Source: a virus
Lineage: Duplodnaviria > Caudoviricetes
Length of the DNA stretch: 44,340 bases
Strand: one strand, 5' to 3'
IMG/VR virus record: IMGVR_UViG_3300020045_011225
Location: 1 to 44,340 of that record
Shown: positions 20,334 to 29,239 of the stretch, piece after piece
How positions within the stretch are numbered: position 1 is the first letter of the stretch
Layout of the letters: the number at the start of each line of letters is the position of its first letter
Made by a program: the position numbers and the translations under genes
Notes under the pieces: model-generated
Database searches by the model: none
The model's input: only the letters and a program-made list of their open reading frames with translations
What the model was told of the DNA's origin: nothing

Positions 20334-20777
20334 ATGGCCGATGTAAAAATATCAGCATTGCCAGCGGCAAGTACATCAACTGGCGATGAGGATTTAGTGT
20401 TAGTACAAGCCACCGTGACAAAGAAATTGAAATCCCGGCAAATTGCCAAAGTTGGTTATCAGCAGATTGTGGGTGACGCAACTACGGCAAGGACACTCGC
20501 GCTATCGGACATTGGTAATTGGATTCGCATGACGTCAAGTGTGTCCAACACCATCACCGTGCCGCTGAATAGTGCAGTTGCGTTTGAAATTGGCACCACA
20601 TTGAATGGTGTGCAAGCGGGTATAGGTATGACCACTATCGCAGCAAGTGTTGGCGTGACGATTAATCGACCTAATGATGTTCTTTTGAGTTTACGCAAAC
20701 AATTTTCACCATTCTGCTTAATTAAAGTGGGAGAGGATACTTGGGATTTGTTCGGTGACTTGGAGCAAGCCCCATGA
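20334..20777 (+). CDS. Short tail fibre / adaptor protein
   Basis: MADVKISALPAAS N-terminus; ITVP..VAFEIGT...WDLFGDL C-terminal domain. Confidence 0.6.
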   Translation: MADVKISALPAASTSTGDEDLVLVQATVTKKLKSRQIAKVGYQQIVGDATTARTLALSDIGNWIRMTSSVSNTITVPLNSAVAFEIGTTLNGVQAGIGMTTIAASVGVTINRPNDVLLSLRKQFSPFCLIKVGEDTWDLFGDLEQAP

Positions 20778-23700
20778 CCCCCCGCATGACAATCATTGCG
20801 GCATCATTGCGGCATCAAATTACCACGGGTATCGGCCATAACTTTTACCCACTAAACTACAACACGCTTGGCGGTAAGCACGAATTAGTTGTCAAATACG
20901 CCGTACCTAATACGACGGACTTGTATTTCATGGAAGTACAATCCGTTTCACCTGTGACCGTAACGGCACATGTTCAGAAAGTTGTACCTGCACAACGCCC
21001 AACATCAAAACTCGGCACAAGATATTTCGACCAAAACTCGTACTCCACGTCACCTGACTTAGCTACGATCAGCACATTACCAATGATCCAGCCGTCTTGG
21101 AATTCTACAAATCTGAATGGCTCATATGGGTCAGTTTTCACAATGGACAATATCCTGTTCTACCAAGGCCAACAGGTAGACGGCACACTCGTCATGTCAG
21201 CATCAAATGATGGGGTCGGTTATGTGGGTGGTGTAACCAACCTACCTTATAAAAACTCGCAGTGGGCGTGGGCTTATGAAGGTTATAAAGGTGGGAAACA
21301 TCTAATCACAACGTATTACGATCCTACGGCAACAAGCTCGATTTGGACTTCGACGGATTGTGTGAATTGGGTTGAACACCCTAGGCCGTTCCCGCAAGCC
21401 GTTAAATTTAATGTGAATTTCGCGTTCAGCAATATATTTTGGTTCAACGGTGAGTACGTTCATGTGGCGCGCACGCTACTCAATAACGTACATTCATACC
21501 ACACTGCAACGTTTGATGTGTATAGTCAACGTGACTCAACACTACCTTCAGTTGAAACGCCTATTGGGTTGACTAATCAGCGTTTTTATGTGATCAAAGG
21601 CGTGTTGTACATGCTCAACATTCAAATGAGCGCAAGTTGGGTTGAAGAAAAGCTAGATTCGATTTATAAAACAACTGACTTGATAAATTGGACTAAGGTA
21701 TCAGTACCCTCATCGTTAGGGGTGTTAGGTAATAGCGGCTTCGCATTGTATGAGGTCAATGATGGTGTGGTGATGAGTTTCAACACCATTACCGGAATTA
21801 GCGTGTTATACGGCTCAACTACGTTAGCTTCATGGGAAAAAATAACGATACCCCCATACATCGAGCGTGCAATTTTCCCGTTAACCTACGATGAGCTTGA
21901 TAAAACTTCACTTATTAATTTGATTAAAACACAAACCTACCCCCTTGTTACACCGAAAGGTTTAGAGGGTGATGGTTGGGGAGCAGTTTTGAAAACGACC
22001 ACATTACCAACAAGCCTAATTGCGGCCACATTAGCATTGACGCTACACGCATCAGTTCAGTTTCCAAATCATAAGAACAAATCATCAAGCACATTAGGTG
22101 ATGCGGTTGTATTCATGGGTGCAAATACGGTGGGTTTAAACCCCAATCCAAAATTAGCACTCACAATTCGACCTGAGGCATCTGACGATACTCGCTCATA
22201 TTTGGCCGTGACAACACACGATACAGCGTTGAAACATGTACCCGTTACCCGCCCAAATTGGAAATATGAAAATCGCTTCCCAGTGCTGTCTATTGATGGG
22301 TATGGCGCGCGACCGCAAGCATTGATATTTCTCGATGCAAATACCGTGGCAATTAGCGCGCATTATCAAGACACGAAAACTGTGTTTTTTAAAGTTGACA
22401 TCAACACATGGCAGGTACTCGGGCAATTCACCATTGATGTTGATCATTTGCACATCGGCGCAATCGCTAAAAACGCAAACGGTGACTATTGGGCGACGGA
22501 TTACACCACCGGCAAGATGATTAGAATCGATCTAATTACATCATTCAACACGAACACGCCTGTCATTACTGCGGTGTGGGATACCTCGGTGTTGAATAAG
22601 GTTTCAGCGATTGAATTCATCACGGTTAGCTCAGTTGAATATGCGGTGATAGGTGAGTACGCGACGGCTGGCACGCCTTACGTGTACATCATCACGTCGT
22701 CGCAAATGGTAAACGGTGGGGTTTTTGCCGTGGCATCGCGCTACAAGCGTTTTGCTCTTGGTACACGTATTCAAGGCCTCGCGCTGAAGTCCGGCCATTT
22801 GTGGGTGGCTAAGAATACTGACATGTCAACCACGATTACAAAGGGTTGGGTGTACCAACATTTGAACTTCGCAACTACAGTAGCGTCAACCGCAGACGGC
22901 GCAACATTAACACCTGCATACGGTGAAAATAGCGCCAGCCCATACCCTGAAGATATTAAGTTTCACCCGACTACAGGGCGAATGTGGACGATGAGTGAAG
23001 GTTGGGCTGCGACGGGCGACTACGACGGTTTCCTATCAATCTGGTCATCAGCCGTTGACGGTAGTTCACAAGAGAATCACGTCACAGCGCGTTATGATGG
23101 TCAGGGTAGTTTGTCGATTAAAATTAACAACAAGCCTGCATCAACGATTGCAGTAAGTCCATCAACAGACGTAGCAGCATTGAGCATTGGCGGTTTACCC
23201 AATGTGGATCAGGGTATTCAAAACGGGTATTTCATGGGGTACGTGAAAAATGTTTGTGTTCAGAACGCCAATTTGACGGACTATGCAAATGTGACCTCAG
23301 GTAGTTTTGAATCCAGTGTCCTAACTGAATACCCTCTTAACATCACAAACGGCGGTGCCGAGTCGGGTGTCACAGGTTGGACTAATGAAACGGGTGGTTT
23401 GGGTGTCCGAACCACCAATCCGCTACCATTCGAGGGGTCAGCGTACTTCGACGGTGGTGCTAATCTCCAAACTATCGCACGTCAACGCAAATTACTTAGC
23501 GATCTAGGCGTTTCATCGGCTGACATTGATGCTGGGAAAGTTTGGGTGAAAGGGCGTTGGGCGCAAAACAACTTCAACTCGATAAACGACCCAGGTGGTT
23601 GCGGGATTCGCACGTTAAACGGTAGTCAGGTGCAGCAAACATTAACCTACTCACCTATAGTTGCAACGCCCAATATTGGAAATGTTGCACCCCAACCGTG

Positions 23701-23836
23701 GTACACGTTGGCACACGGCGCGGCGCTAGCGAGTGGTGTTCGGTATACAGATTTCATTATCCGCAGCGACCGCAACTCAGGCACAAACAACGACAGTTAT
23801 TTCGATGCAATATCAATGGTTGCATATAGGAAATAA
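20774..23836 (+). CDS. Large putative receptor-binding/adhesin protein (beta-propeller-like repeats plus lectin/CBM-like C-terminus)
   Basis: Asp-box-like WTSTDCVNW and YKTTDLINW; PEDIKF..GRMW propeller-like segment; NGGAESGVTGW...DSYFDAISM C-terminus. Confidence 0.6.
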   Translation: MTPRMTIIAASLRHQITTGIGHNFYPLNYNTLGGKHELVVKYAVPNTTDLYFMEVQSVSPVTVTAHVQKVVPAQRPTSKLGTRYFDQNSYSTSPDLATISTLPMIQPSWNSTNLNGSYGSVFTMDNILFYQGQQVDGTLVMSASNDGVGYVGGVTNLPYKNSQWAWAYEGYKGGKHLITTYYDPTATSSIWTSTDCVNWVEHPRPFPQAVKFNVNFAFSNIFWFNGEYVHVARTLLNNVHSYHTATFDVYSQRDSTLPSVETPIGLTNQRFYVIKGVLYMLNIQMSASWVEEKLDSIYKTTDLINWTKVSVPSSLGVLGNSGFALYEVNDGVVMSFNTITGISVLYGSTTLASWEKITIPPYIERAIFPLTYDELDKTSLINLIKTQTYPLVTPKGLEGDGWGAVLKTTTLPTSLIAATLALTLHASVQFPNHKNKSSSTLGDAVVFMGANTVGLNPNPKLALTIRPEASDDTRSYLAVTTHDTALKHVPVTRPNWKYENRFPVLSIDGYGARPQALIFLDANTVAISAHYQDTKTVFFKVDINTWQVLGQFTIDVDHLHIGAIAKNANGDYWATDYTTGKMIRIDLITSFNTNTPVITAVWDTSVLNKVSAIEFITVSSVEYAVIGEYATAGTPYVYIITSSQMVNGGVFAVASRYKRFALGTRIQGLALKSGHLWVAKNTDMSTTITKGWVYQHLNFATTVASTADGATLTPAYGENSASPYPEDIKFHPTTGRMWTMSEGWAATGDYDGFLSIWSSAVDGSSQENHVTARYDGQGSLSIKINNKPASTIAVSPSTDVAALSIGGLPNVDQGIQNGYFMGYVKNVCVQNANLTDYANVTSGSFESSVLTEYPLNITNGGAESGVTGWTNETGGLGVRTTNPLPFEGSAYFDGGANLQTIARQRKLLSDLGVSSADIDAGKVWVKGRWAQNNFNSINDPGGCGIRTLNGSQVQQTLTYSPIVATPNIGNVAPQPWYTLAHGAALASGVRYTDFIIRSDRNSGTNNDSYFDAISMVAYRK

Positions 23837-23844
23837 GGTGAACA

Positions 23845-23888
23845 AATTAACCCCATAATGTCATACAATTATGGGGTTAATTATTTTT
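23845..23888 (+). terminator. 15-bp perfect hairpin with T-tract between the tail and lysis genes
   Basis: AATTAACCCCATAAT-N8-ATTATGGGGTTAATT then ATTTTT. Confidence 0.6.
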
Positions 23889-24329
23889 GGCGTGCTGACC
23901 GTGAACATTGAGAATGAGACTTGGAAAATGATAGCGGGTATTGGTGGTGCTGGCTTAGGTTCACTATTCCTTCTTGCACGTCTTTTGCGGGGGGAGTTAT
24001 CCGGCCAAAAGACTGATGCCGCTCAAAGCGATGTGATCAACAGTTTGCGCGCCGAGTTAAAACGGAAAGACGAGGAGATCGTCGCCAAGGAAATTACAAT
24101 CACCCGCTTGGTCAGAGAAAAGACTGAGCAATTCACCCAGCTTTCCGAAATCCCCTATTTGCGCGATGAAATAAAAGAGCTTGAGGAGCAGGTGAAAGCC
24201 CTCGCACAATTACTCAACGTGTTCATCATTGGCGGCAACGGCCTAAGTCCCGAGCAGCAACTCGTCATGTTGCGCCTACTCTCACCTTCCGCACAACCGA
24301 AAGTTGAACCTTCAAAGGATACACCATGA
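23871..24329 (+). CDS. Membrane-anchored coiled-coil lysis-cassette protein (holin/antiholin candidate); start uncertain
   Basis: Hydrophobic IAGIGGAGLGSLFLLARLL then coiled coil; overlaps the endolysin start. Confidence 0.5.
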   Translation: MGLIIFGVLTVNIENETWKMIAGIGGAGLGSLFLLARLLRGELSGQKTDAAQSDVINSLRAELKRKDEEIVAKEITITRLVREKTEQFTQLSEIPYLRDEIKELEEQVKALAQLLNVFIIGGNGLSPEQQLVMLRLLSPSAQPKVEPSKDTP

Positions 24330-24820
24330 AATATCTGGGAATTGAAATTGATTGGCCGCTTGACCGCAATGTGATTCGCAGCAATACGGTCAACAATACA
24401 TTCGGAATGGTGCGCAAGAACGCTGATGGCACACCCCGCCCACACCAGGGTTGGGATTTTCACGCCCCACTTGGCACACCGACTTACGCAATTTGCGGTG
24501 GTAAAGTCGTCGCAGTTTCGGATAACGGTGATTACGGTTTGACGGTAGTGCTGGCTATTGGTGAAACGGGTCACTTTGCGGCCTACGCTCATTTACAACG
24601 CACGGTGGTTCGAGTAGGTGATTGTGTGGTGCGCGGCGCGCTAATCGGTAAAACAGGTGATACGGGCAATGCGCGCGGAATGCCGCCGGATGATCAACAT
24701 TTGCACTTTGAAATCCGCACAGTGGCGCAGCCGGGTCGCGGGTTGAATGGTCGCGTGTCGCCACTTGAAGTGTTTGGGATTTGTCCATTACACGCACCTG
24801 CATTGCGGAGTGGTGAATAA
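24326..24820 (+). CDS. Endolysin, M23 family metallopeptidase
   Basis: HQGWD (HxxxD), YAHL and HLHFE (HxH) motifs; inside the lysis cassette. Confidence 0.88.
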   Translation: MKYLGIEIDWPLDRNVIRSNTVNNTFGMVRKNADGTPRPHQGWDFHAPLGTPTYAICGGKVVAVSDNGDYGLTVVLAIGETGHFAAYAHLQRTVVRVGDCVVRGALIGKTGDTGNARGMPPDDQHLHFEIRTVAQPGRGLNGRVSPLEVFGICPLHAPALRSGE

Positions 24821-25074
24821 TGACTTGGCTACGTGAGGCTGCAACTGACCGATACCACAACTGTATTTCGTCGAAGCGGGTGGCATTATTAAGTGCTACG
24901 TTTGCACTCGCATTCTCGGTCATCGCGTTGTCGATTGCGGCATGTTTAGGTCACAGCGTCGCAGGGGCGTTGGGTGCGGTGGCTATACCCTTAGCAGGGC
25001 TTGGTGGTTGGTCGTATGTTGGCGGTAAGGGTGCGGAAGCTTTGAAATTTCAAACGAGTGATGAGGTGATATGA
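24820..25074 (+). CDS. Putative holin (two TM segments)
   Basis: Two hydrophobic segments after SSKR; adjacent to the endolysin. Confidence 0.6.
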   Translation: MTWLREAATDRYHNCISSKRVALLSATFALAFSVIALSIAACLGHSVAGALGAVAIPLAGLGGWSYVGGKGAEALKFQTSDEVI

Positions 25075-25433
25075 TGATTCCAATTACAGGTTACAAACCC
25101 ATTTTCATTTTAGGCGTAGTCGGTTTTATCGCAGTGTCATCGGGCGTAGTCGGCTTCACCGTTGGTAAGGCTATGACTGCCGCCGAGTTGCAAGGGCAGA
25201 TTGTCAATTTGACAGACGTGAAGGGTAAGGTTGAAACGTCTTTGGCAAACTGCCAAGGTGGGGTGCGTGCTTTAGAGCAAGCCACGTTGTCAGCAGGCCG
25301 CGCGCGCGAACAAGCTGAAACAATGGCTTTGGAATTGACGAAGCGGAATCAGCGTGTGGTCACGAACATCAAAACGATCAAGGCGAGTAGTTGCGTTGAT
25401 ATGGTCAACAAACTTATCGAGGTCAGCAAATGA
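25071..25433 (+). CDS. Inner-membrane spanin (Rz-like)
   Basis: N-terminal TM, coiled coil, Cys residues; upstream of a lipoprotein. Confidence 0.75.
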   Translation: MMIPITGYKPIFILGVVGFIAVSSGVVGFTVGKAMTAAELQGQIVNLTDVKGKVETSLANCQGGVRALEQATLSAGRAREQAETMALELTKRNQRVVTNIKTIKASSCVDMVNKLIEVSK

Positions 25434-25687
25434 AATACGGAATCCTTGTAATGCTGGTGCTGATAAGTGGTTGCGTTTTATTTGAGCGTAAGCCCGATCC
25501 GCCGCCAATTATCCAATCGAAATGCCTCGGCGCGCGGCCTGTGAAGCCGCAGTACCTATTCGGCCAATTACCACCAGCTCAAAGTGAAGCTGATGCTGCA
25601 AAAGCAGTACAGCAGCTTATGCTTGACTTTAAGGCATCCGACCAATACGGTCTTGATTGGGAAACCGCAGCGTCCGGCTGCATGTGA
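25430..25687 (+). CDS. Outer-membrane spanin lipoprotein (Rz1-like)
   Basis: Signal peptide with ISGC lipobox; Pro-rich mature N-terminus. Confidence 0.78.
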   Translation: MKYGILVMLVLISGCVLFERKPDPPPIIQSKCLGARPVKPQYLFGQLPPAQSEADAAKAVQQLMLDFKASDQYGLDWETAASGCM

Positions 25688-25702
25688 GATTGGGGAATTG
25701 AA

Positions 25703-26020
25703 ATGTTAAAACCGAAGCAATTATTGAAACGAACAACAACAGGTTTAGGTGCATTCATTGGCCGCGAGTCGGCGTTGAGTGAAGTGCAAGTTACCGCAGT
25801 GGGTAGTGGTGCGGTAAACGCTACCGTTAAACTTTGGGGTAGCAACGATGAGGTTGGCCGCGTTGACCTCGGCGATGTTTCAGCTAGTGGTACGAACGTT
25901 GCTACGGGTACTGACAGTATTGAGCGCGCCTATTCGGTGATTCAGGCTGAGTTGATTACGGTCAGCGCCAACACTGAAGTGACAGTTACCTTCAGTGACG
26001 CTATGTGTGGGGGTGATTGA
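25703..26020 (+). CDS. Hypothetical beta-rich protein, possible partner of the downstream beta-helix protein
   Basis: Thr/Val/Ser-rich strands; GGGG RBS; abuts the next gene. Confidence 0.6.
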   Translation: MLKPKQLLKRTTTGLGAFIGRESALSEVQVTAVGSGAVNATVKLWGSNDEVGRVDLGDVSASGTNVATGTDSIERAYSVIQAELITVSANTEVTVTFSDAMCGGD

Positions 26021-26022
26021 CA

Positions 26023-27519
26023 ATGAACCAACTTAATCAAAACGCGAAAAGACAAAATAGCAGCATAATTTATGATGCGGTTATCGGCGCATTAGCTATA
26101 AATGCTATGCAGTCTGATAGAGCAGCTACAGCTACAGACAAGCAGCGTGAATTTTATGAGTGCATTGCCTATCCTGCTGTATATTTTGACCCATCGGCAG
26201 CTGATGATACGGGTGATGGAAGTAAAGGTCGACCATTTAAAAACTTTACGGCAGCAAGGATTCTTACTGGCAGACGTCATCTGATTAAAGCAGGGACAAC
26301 AATTGCAGCAACTTCTGGAACATGGATCACCATCGCACAAGGTAGTACAGCAAAATCTCCAGTGATAATTGGAAGGTATGGTGATAATTGGATTGCAAAC
26401 CCAATTATTGACGGGACACTTTCTGACAGAGTTATCCGTTTCGGTACAAACTCTAAATATAACCGAATCCGCGATATTGATTTTAAAAATTTGGGTGGCG
26501 CTGGATCAGATAAATATATGATTTCTCAGAATAGCGTTGATGCTATTGGAGATCAATCTATTGATTTTAACAACGTTATTTCAAGATGCAGTATTAGCAA
26601 TGTGGGCGGTCATGCAACAACAGACTGCAACGCGATAAAACTTTATGGGGCCAACAATGAAATCATAGGTAACGAAATTTACAATATTTCTACTGACGGA
26701 ATTTGGTTTCATGGATTTAGCACGATAATCGAAGGAAACAGAATTTACAAAGTTTCTACTGATGGAAGAAAGTTAGGCGACTGCATTCAATGCGGTGCCA
26801 AATCTGATGGCTCAATTATACGCGGCAATTATTTAGAGCATTTTGAAGTGGACAGTAAGCAGTGTATTTATTTTGAGGCAACGGTATCTATTAGCGATAA
26901 TGTACTTATTGAGGACAATTATTGCGTTCATTCGGACAGTGCGGGTATTGCAGGAGTTAGGCCGACAGGTATTACGTGCGGTGCTACAAATTCAACAGTG
27001 CGACGAAATTTTGTAAAGGGTGGTTATGTTGGGATTGAGCTTGGATTAAATACACAATGTTATTCAAATGTAATTCAATCGACAGTCGGTCGAGGAATTG
27101 CTGCGGATACGAATGGTAGAATCTATAACAACACTATCTATCAGACGGGTGCACAAAATACGCAAAGCGATAGCGTTGCAATTTTTAATGCGGACAGTGC
27201 ACAGATAGGTAATATTGCTTGGAACAACCTGATCTATAACCAGTATAACGGCATTACATGCGTTGTTGGTGTAGATAGTAATCCGACGATTCGAGAGTAC
27301 AATAATTCATATATTGTGCGTGGCGTCTCTGTTGCAAAGTATCGTATTGCTGGTATTGTGACAGCGCCAACTAATGAAATAGTTTCAACTATTTCTGATT
27401 TTGATGCAAATTACAGACCGAAAACCAGTATTTTGGCATACTCAGGAACAAATCCATATCCTAGCTATGATAAAGATAAGGTTTTGTCAACACCGTGTGT
27501 TGGAGCCTATAGTGGCTAA
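26023..27519 (+). CDS. Right-handed parallel beta-helix protein (pectate-lyase-like, putative depolymerase)
   Basis: Repeated IIGNEIYN, IIEGNRIYK, IIRGNYLE, LIEDNYC and IYNNTIY; DDTGDGSKGRPFK N-terminal motif. Confidence 0.8.
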   Translation: MNQLNQNAKRQNSSIIYDAVIGALAINAMQSDRAATATDKQREFYECIAYPAVYFDPSAADDTGDGSKGRPFKNFTAARILTGRRHLIKAGTTIAATSGTWITIAQGSTAKSPVIIGRYGDNWIANPIIDGTLSDRVIRFGTNSKYNRIRDIDFKNLGGAGSDKYMISQNSVDAIGDQSIDFNNVISRCSISNVGGHATTDCNAIKLYGANNEIIGNEIYNISTDGIWFHGFSTIIEGNRIYKVSTDGRKLGDCIQCGAKSDGSIIRGNYLEHFEVDSKQCIYFEATVSISDNVLIEDNYCVHSDSAGIAGVRPTGITCGATNSTVRRNFVKGGYVGIELGLNTQCYSNVIQSTVGRGIAADTNGRIYNNTIYQTGAQNTQSDSVAIFNADSAQIGNIAWNNLIYNQYNGITCVVGVDSNPTIREYNNSYIVRGVSVAKYRIAGIVTAPTNEIVSTISDFDANYRPKTSILAYSGTNPYPSYDKDKVLSTPCVGAYSG

Positions 27520-27530
27520 TTTATAAATAT

Positions 27531-27553
27531 AGCCCGCGCAATGCGGGCTTTTT
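27531..27553 (+). terminator. Intrinsic terminator at convergent genes
   Basis: AGCCCGC-GCAAT-GCGGGCT-TTTT. Confidence 0.8.
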
Positions 27554-27623
27554 CATTTCTCCTTCTGCAATTATTCCGTGATTTATGCGCCTTGAGAATA
27601 GTGGCATTCACCCTTGTTCTTGT

Positions 27624-27818
27624 TCACAACTTCTCCAAATCAACACCACGCTCAATCGCTTTCACGGCCAATTCAATAGCCTTCCGCACCCCATCCCCCA
27701 ATTCCTTTTTGTCGCTCAACTTGCGAGCCTGCCGTGCGTGCCACGCGGGCATTCTAATGCTGTACCCATCCCATGCAGCATCCTGTTTTGACTGATTACA
27801 CACCTTAGTTTTAGCCAT
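27624..27818 (-). CDS. Small ribbon-helix-helix-like DNA-binding protein
   Basis: YSIRMP strand, helix ARQARKLS, helix LGDGVRKAIELAV; GGGG RBS. Confidence 0.6.
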   Translation of the reverse strand: MAKTKVCNQSKQDAAWDGYSIRMPAWHARQARKLSDKKELGDGVRKAIELAVKAIERGVDLEKL

Positions 27819-27837
27819 TGCTTACCCCAAAATTAGT

Positions 27838-27876
27838 AATACGCTCAAGTCTATTACGCATTTCGTAATTCGTTAT
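27838..27876. promoter_or_regulatory. Candidate operator array in the divergent intergenic gap
   Basis: ATTACG-N5-CGTAAT palindrome (27853-27869) flanked by AATACG and CGTTAT half-site variants. Confidence 0.45.
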
Positions 27877-27913
27877 AAGTTTTGTATGCCAATTCACAGA
27901 AGGGGAAACGGCG

Positions 27914-28843
27914 ATGACTTACGACGAAACGATAGTTGAGCATTCAATGACCAGCAATAAGCATCATGCCGAGGTTATGGGTGCGCTCAACGATTTGAAA
28001 TCTCTCGAAATGAAGGAAGGTGATGCCATGAGCGTTAATATCGAAGAAGCGTTATTGGGTGCTGGTCGCGGCGGCGCAGACAGTGGCGGCGGTTTGGTAA
28101 TGGGTTTGGTACTAGGCTCATTGTTGCGTAACGGTGGTGGCGGTTTGCTGGGCGGCGATGGGGCGGCAGGCGGTGTGGGTTTGCAAAACTCAATCGACAC
28201 CAATGCGATCTTGACGCAATTGGGTGATATTAAAGCATCAGTGCCGTTGTCAGCGTGTGAGACTATGGCCGCTGTGAGCAATGCGCAGGCCGACATTACC
28301 AGCCAAACCCTCGCGCAAACAATCGGCCTGAACCAAAACATCAATGACGCGAAGGCGGCAGCACTTGCAGCAGCTAATGCGAATGCGCTGCAAAACTCAG
28401 CAGGCTTTGCCGGTGTCAAAGATGCTACCGATTCACTCGCAACGCAGCAAGCGGTTGGCTTCGGCGTCATCAACGCAAACATCGAACGCACCGGCTGGCA
28501 GTTGTCGCGTGAAATTAATGCTGATGGTGACAAGACGCGCGCGCTGATTCAATCCATCGACAAGCAAAACGATTCACGCTTAATCACAGCTCAGGCCAAC
28601 GAGATTGTGGAATTGCGCGCATCGCAAGCCCGCGCCGAGGATCGTCATGGTATTGAAATCAACATGACGAATAACCAGAATCAAAACCAGTTGCAATTCC
28701 AACAACAATCGCAAGTGTTGAATACCTTGTCAAACGGTTTGGTGCAAGCTCTACAATCCATCCAAGCCACCAACCAGGCAATCAACATTGGTGGTTTCCA
28801 GCAAGCCAACCCAACTAACACGAACACCAACGTTCGCGCTTAA
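27914..28843 (+). CDS. Hypothetical protein: Gly-rich hydrophobic segment, coiled coil, Q/N-rich C-terminus; alternative start at 28028
   Basis: GGGLVMGLVLGSLL; ADGDKTRALI; NNQNQNQLQFQQQ...NPTNTNTN; RBS-like sequences before both ATGs. Confidence 0.85.
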   Translation: MTYDETIVEHSMTSNKHHAEVMGALNDLKSLEMKEGDAMSVNIEEALLGAGRGGADSGGGLVMGLVLGSLLRNGGGGLLGGDGAAGGVGLQNSIDTNAILTQLGDIKASVPLSACETMAAVSNAQADITSQTLAQTIGLNQNINDAKAAALAAANANALQNSAGFAGVKDATDSLATQQAVGFGVINANIERTGWQLSREINADGDKTRALIQSIDKQNDSRLITAQANEIVELRASQARAEDRHGIEINMTNNQNQNQLQFQQQSQVLNTLSNGLVQALQSIQATNQAINIGGFQQANPTNTNTNVRA

Positions 28844-28852
28844 TTGAACTAC

Positions 28853-28876
28853 GGGCGGCAGATTGGTTTGCCGCCC
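28853..28876 (+). other. Intercistronic GC-rich hairpin without U-tract
   Basis: GGGCGGCA-N8-TGCCGCCC. Confidence 0.6.
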
Positions 28877-28895
28877 ATTACCGGAGTGCTTGGAA

Positions 28896-29198
28896 ATGGA
28901 ATCTACCGCTATGCTTGAAGCTTTAGCCGAACTGCGAACCAAGTTCACAACCCCAATCAGCAACATGGAAATAGTCCGCCGCGCGCTGCGCCGCGAGGTG
29001 GGTCGGATGGATGAGACTGAAATGCCACCAATCCTCAATGAGCCACAACGCAAAGCCTTCTTAGAGCGCATCGACCACCTCGAAGCGTTTATCCAATCGC
29101 AGGATGGTGCAGATTCGATTGAGTTGTTGGTGTCCTCATTCCGTGAATTTGCGGAAGCCCGAACACCACCTGTTACTGAACCTGAATTGGTAGAATAA
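28896..29198 (+). CDS. Acidic helical hypothetical protein, partner of the 27914 gene
   Basis: GGAG before ATG 28896; followed by a terminator. Confidence 0.7.
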   Translation: MESTAMLEALAELRTKFTTPISNMEIVRRALRREVGRMDETEMPPILNEPQRKAFLERIDHLEAFIQSQDGADSIELLVSSFREFAEARTPPVTEPELVE

Positions 29199-29199
29199 G

Positions 29200-29224
29200 A
29201 AAAGGGGCATAACGCCCCTTTGTT
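29200..29224. terminator. Bidirectional terminator between convergent blocks
   Basis: AAAAGGGGC-ATAAC-GCCCCTTTGTT. Confidence 0.8.
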
Positions 29225-29239
29225 GATTTACGGTTTGAC

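Noticed and set aside
18126-27519. Diversity-generating retroelement or invertase shufflon acting on tail genes
   Set aside because: No reverse transcriptase or recombinase, and no TR/VR or crossover-site repeats seen by eye
27964-28533. 189-aa antisense ORF
   Set aside because: Shadow of the Gly/Ala-rich sense gene; no supporting signals
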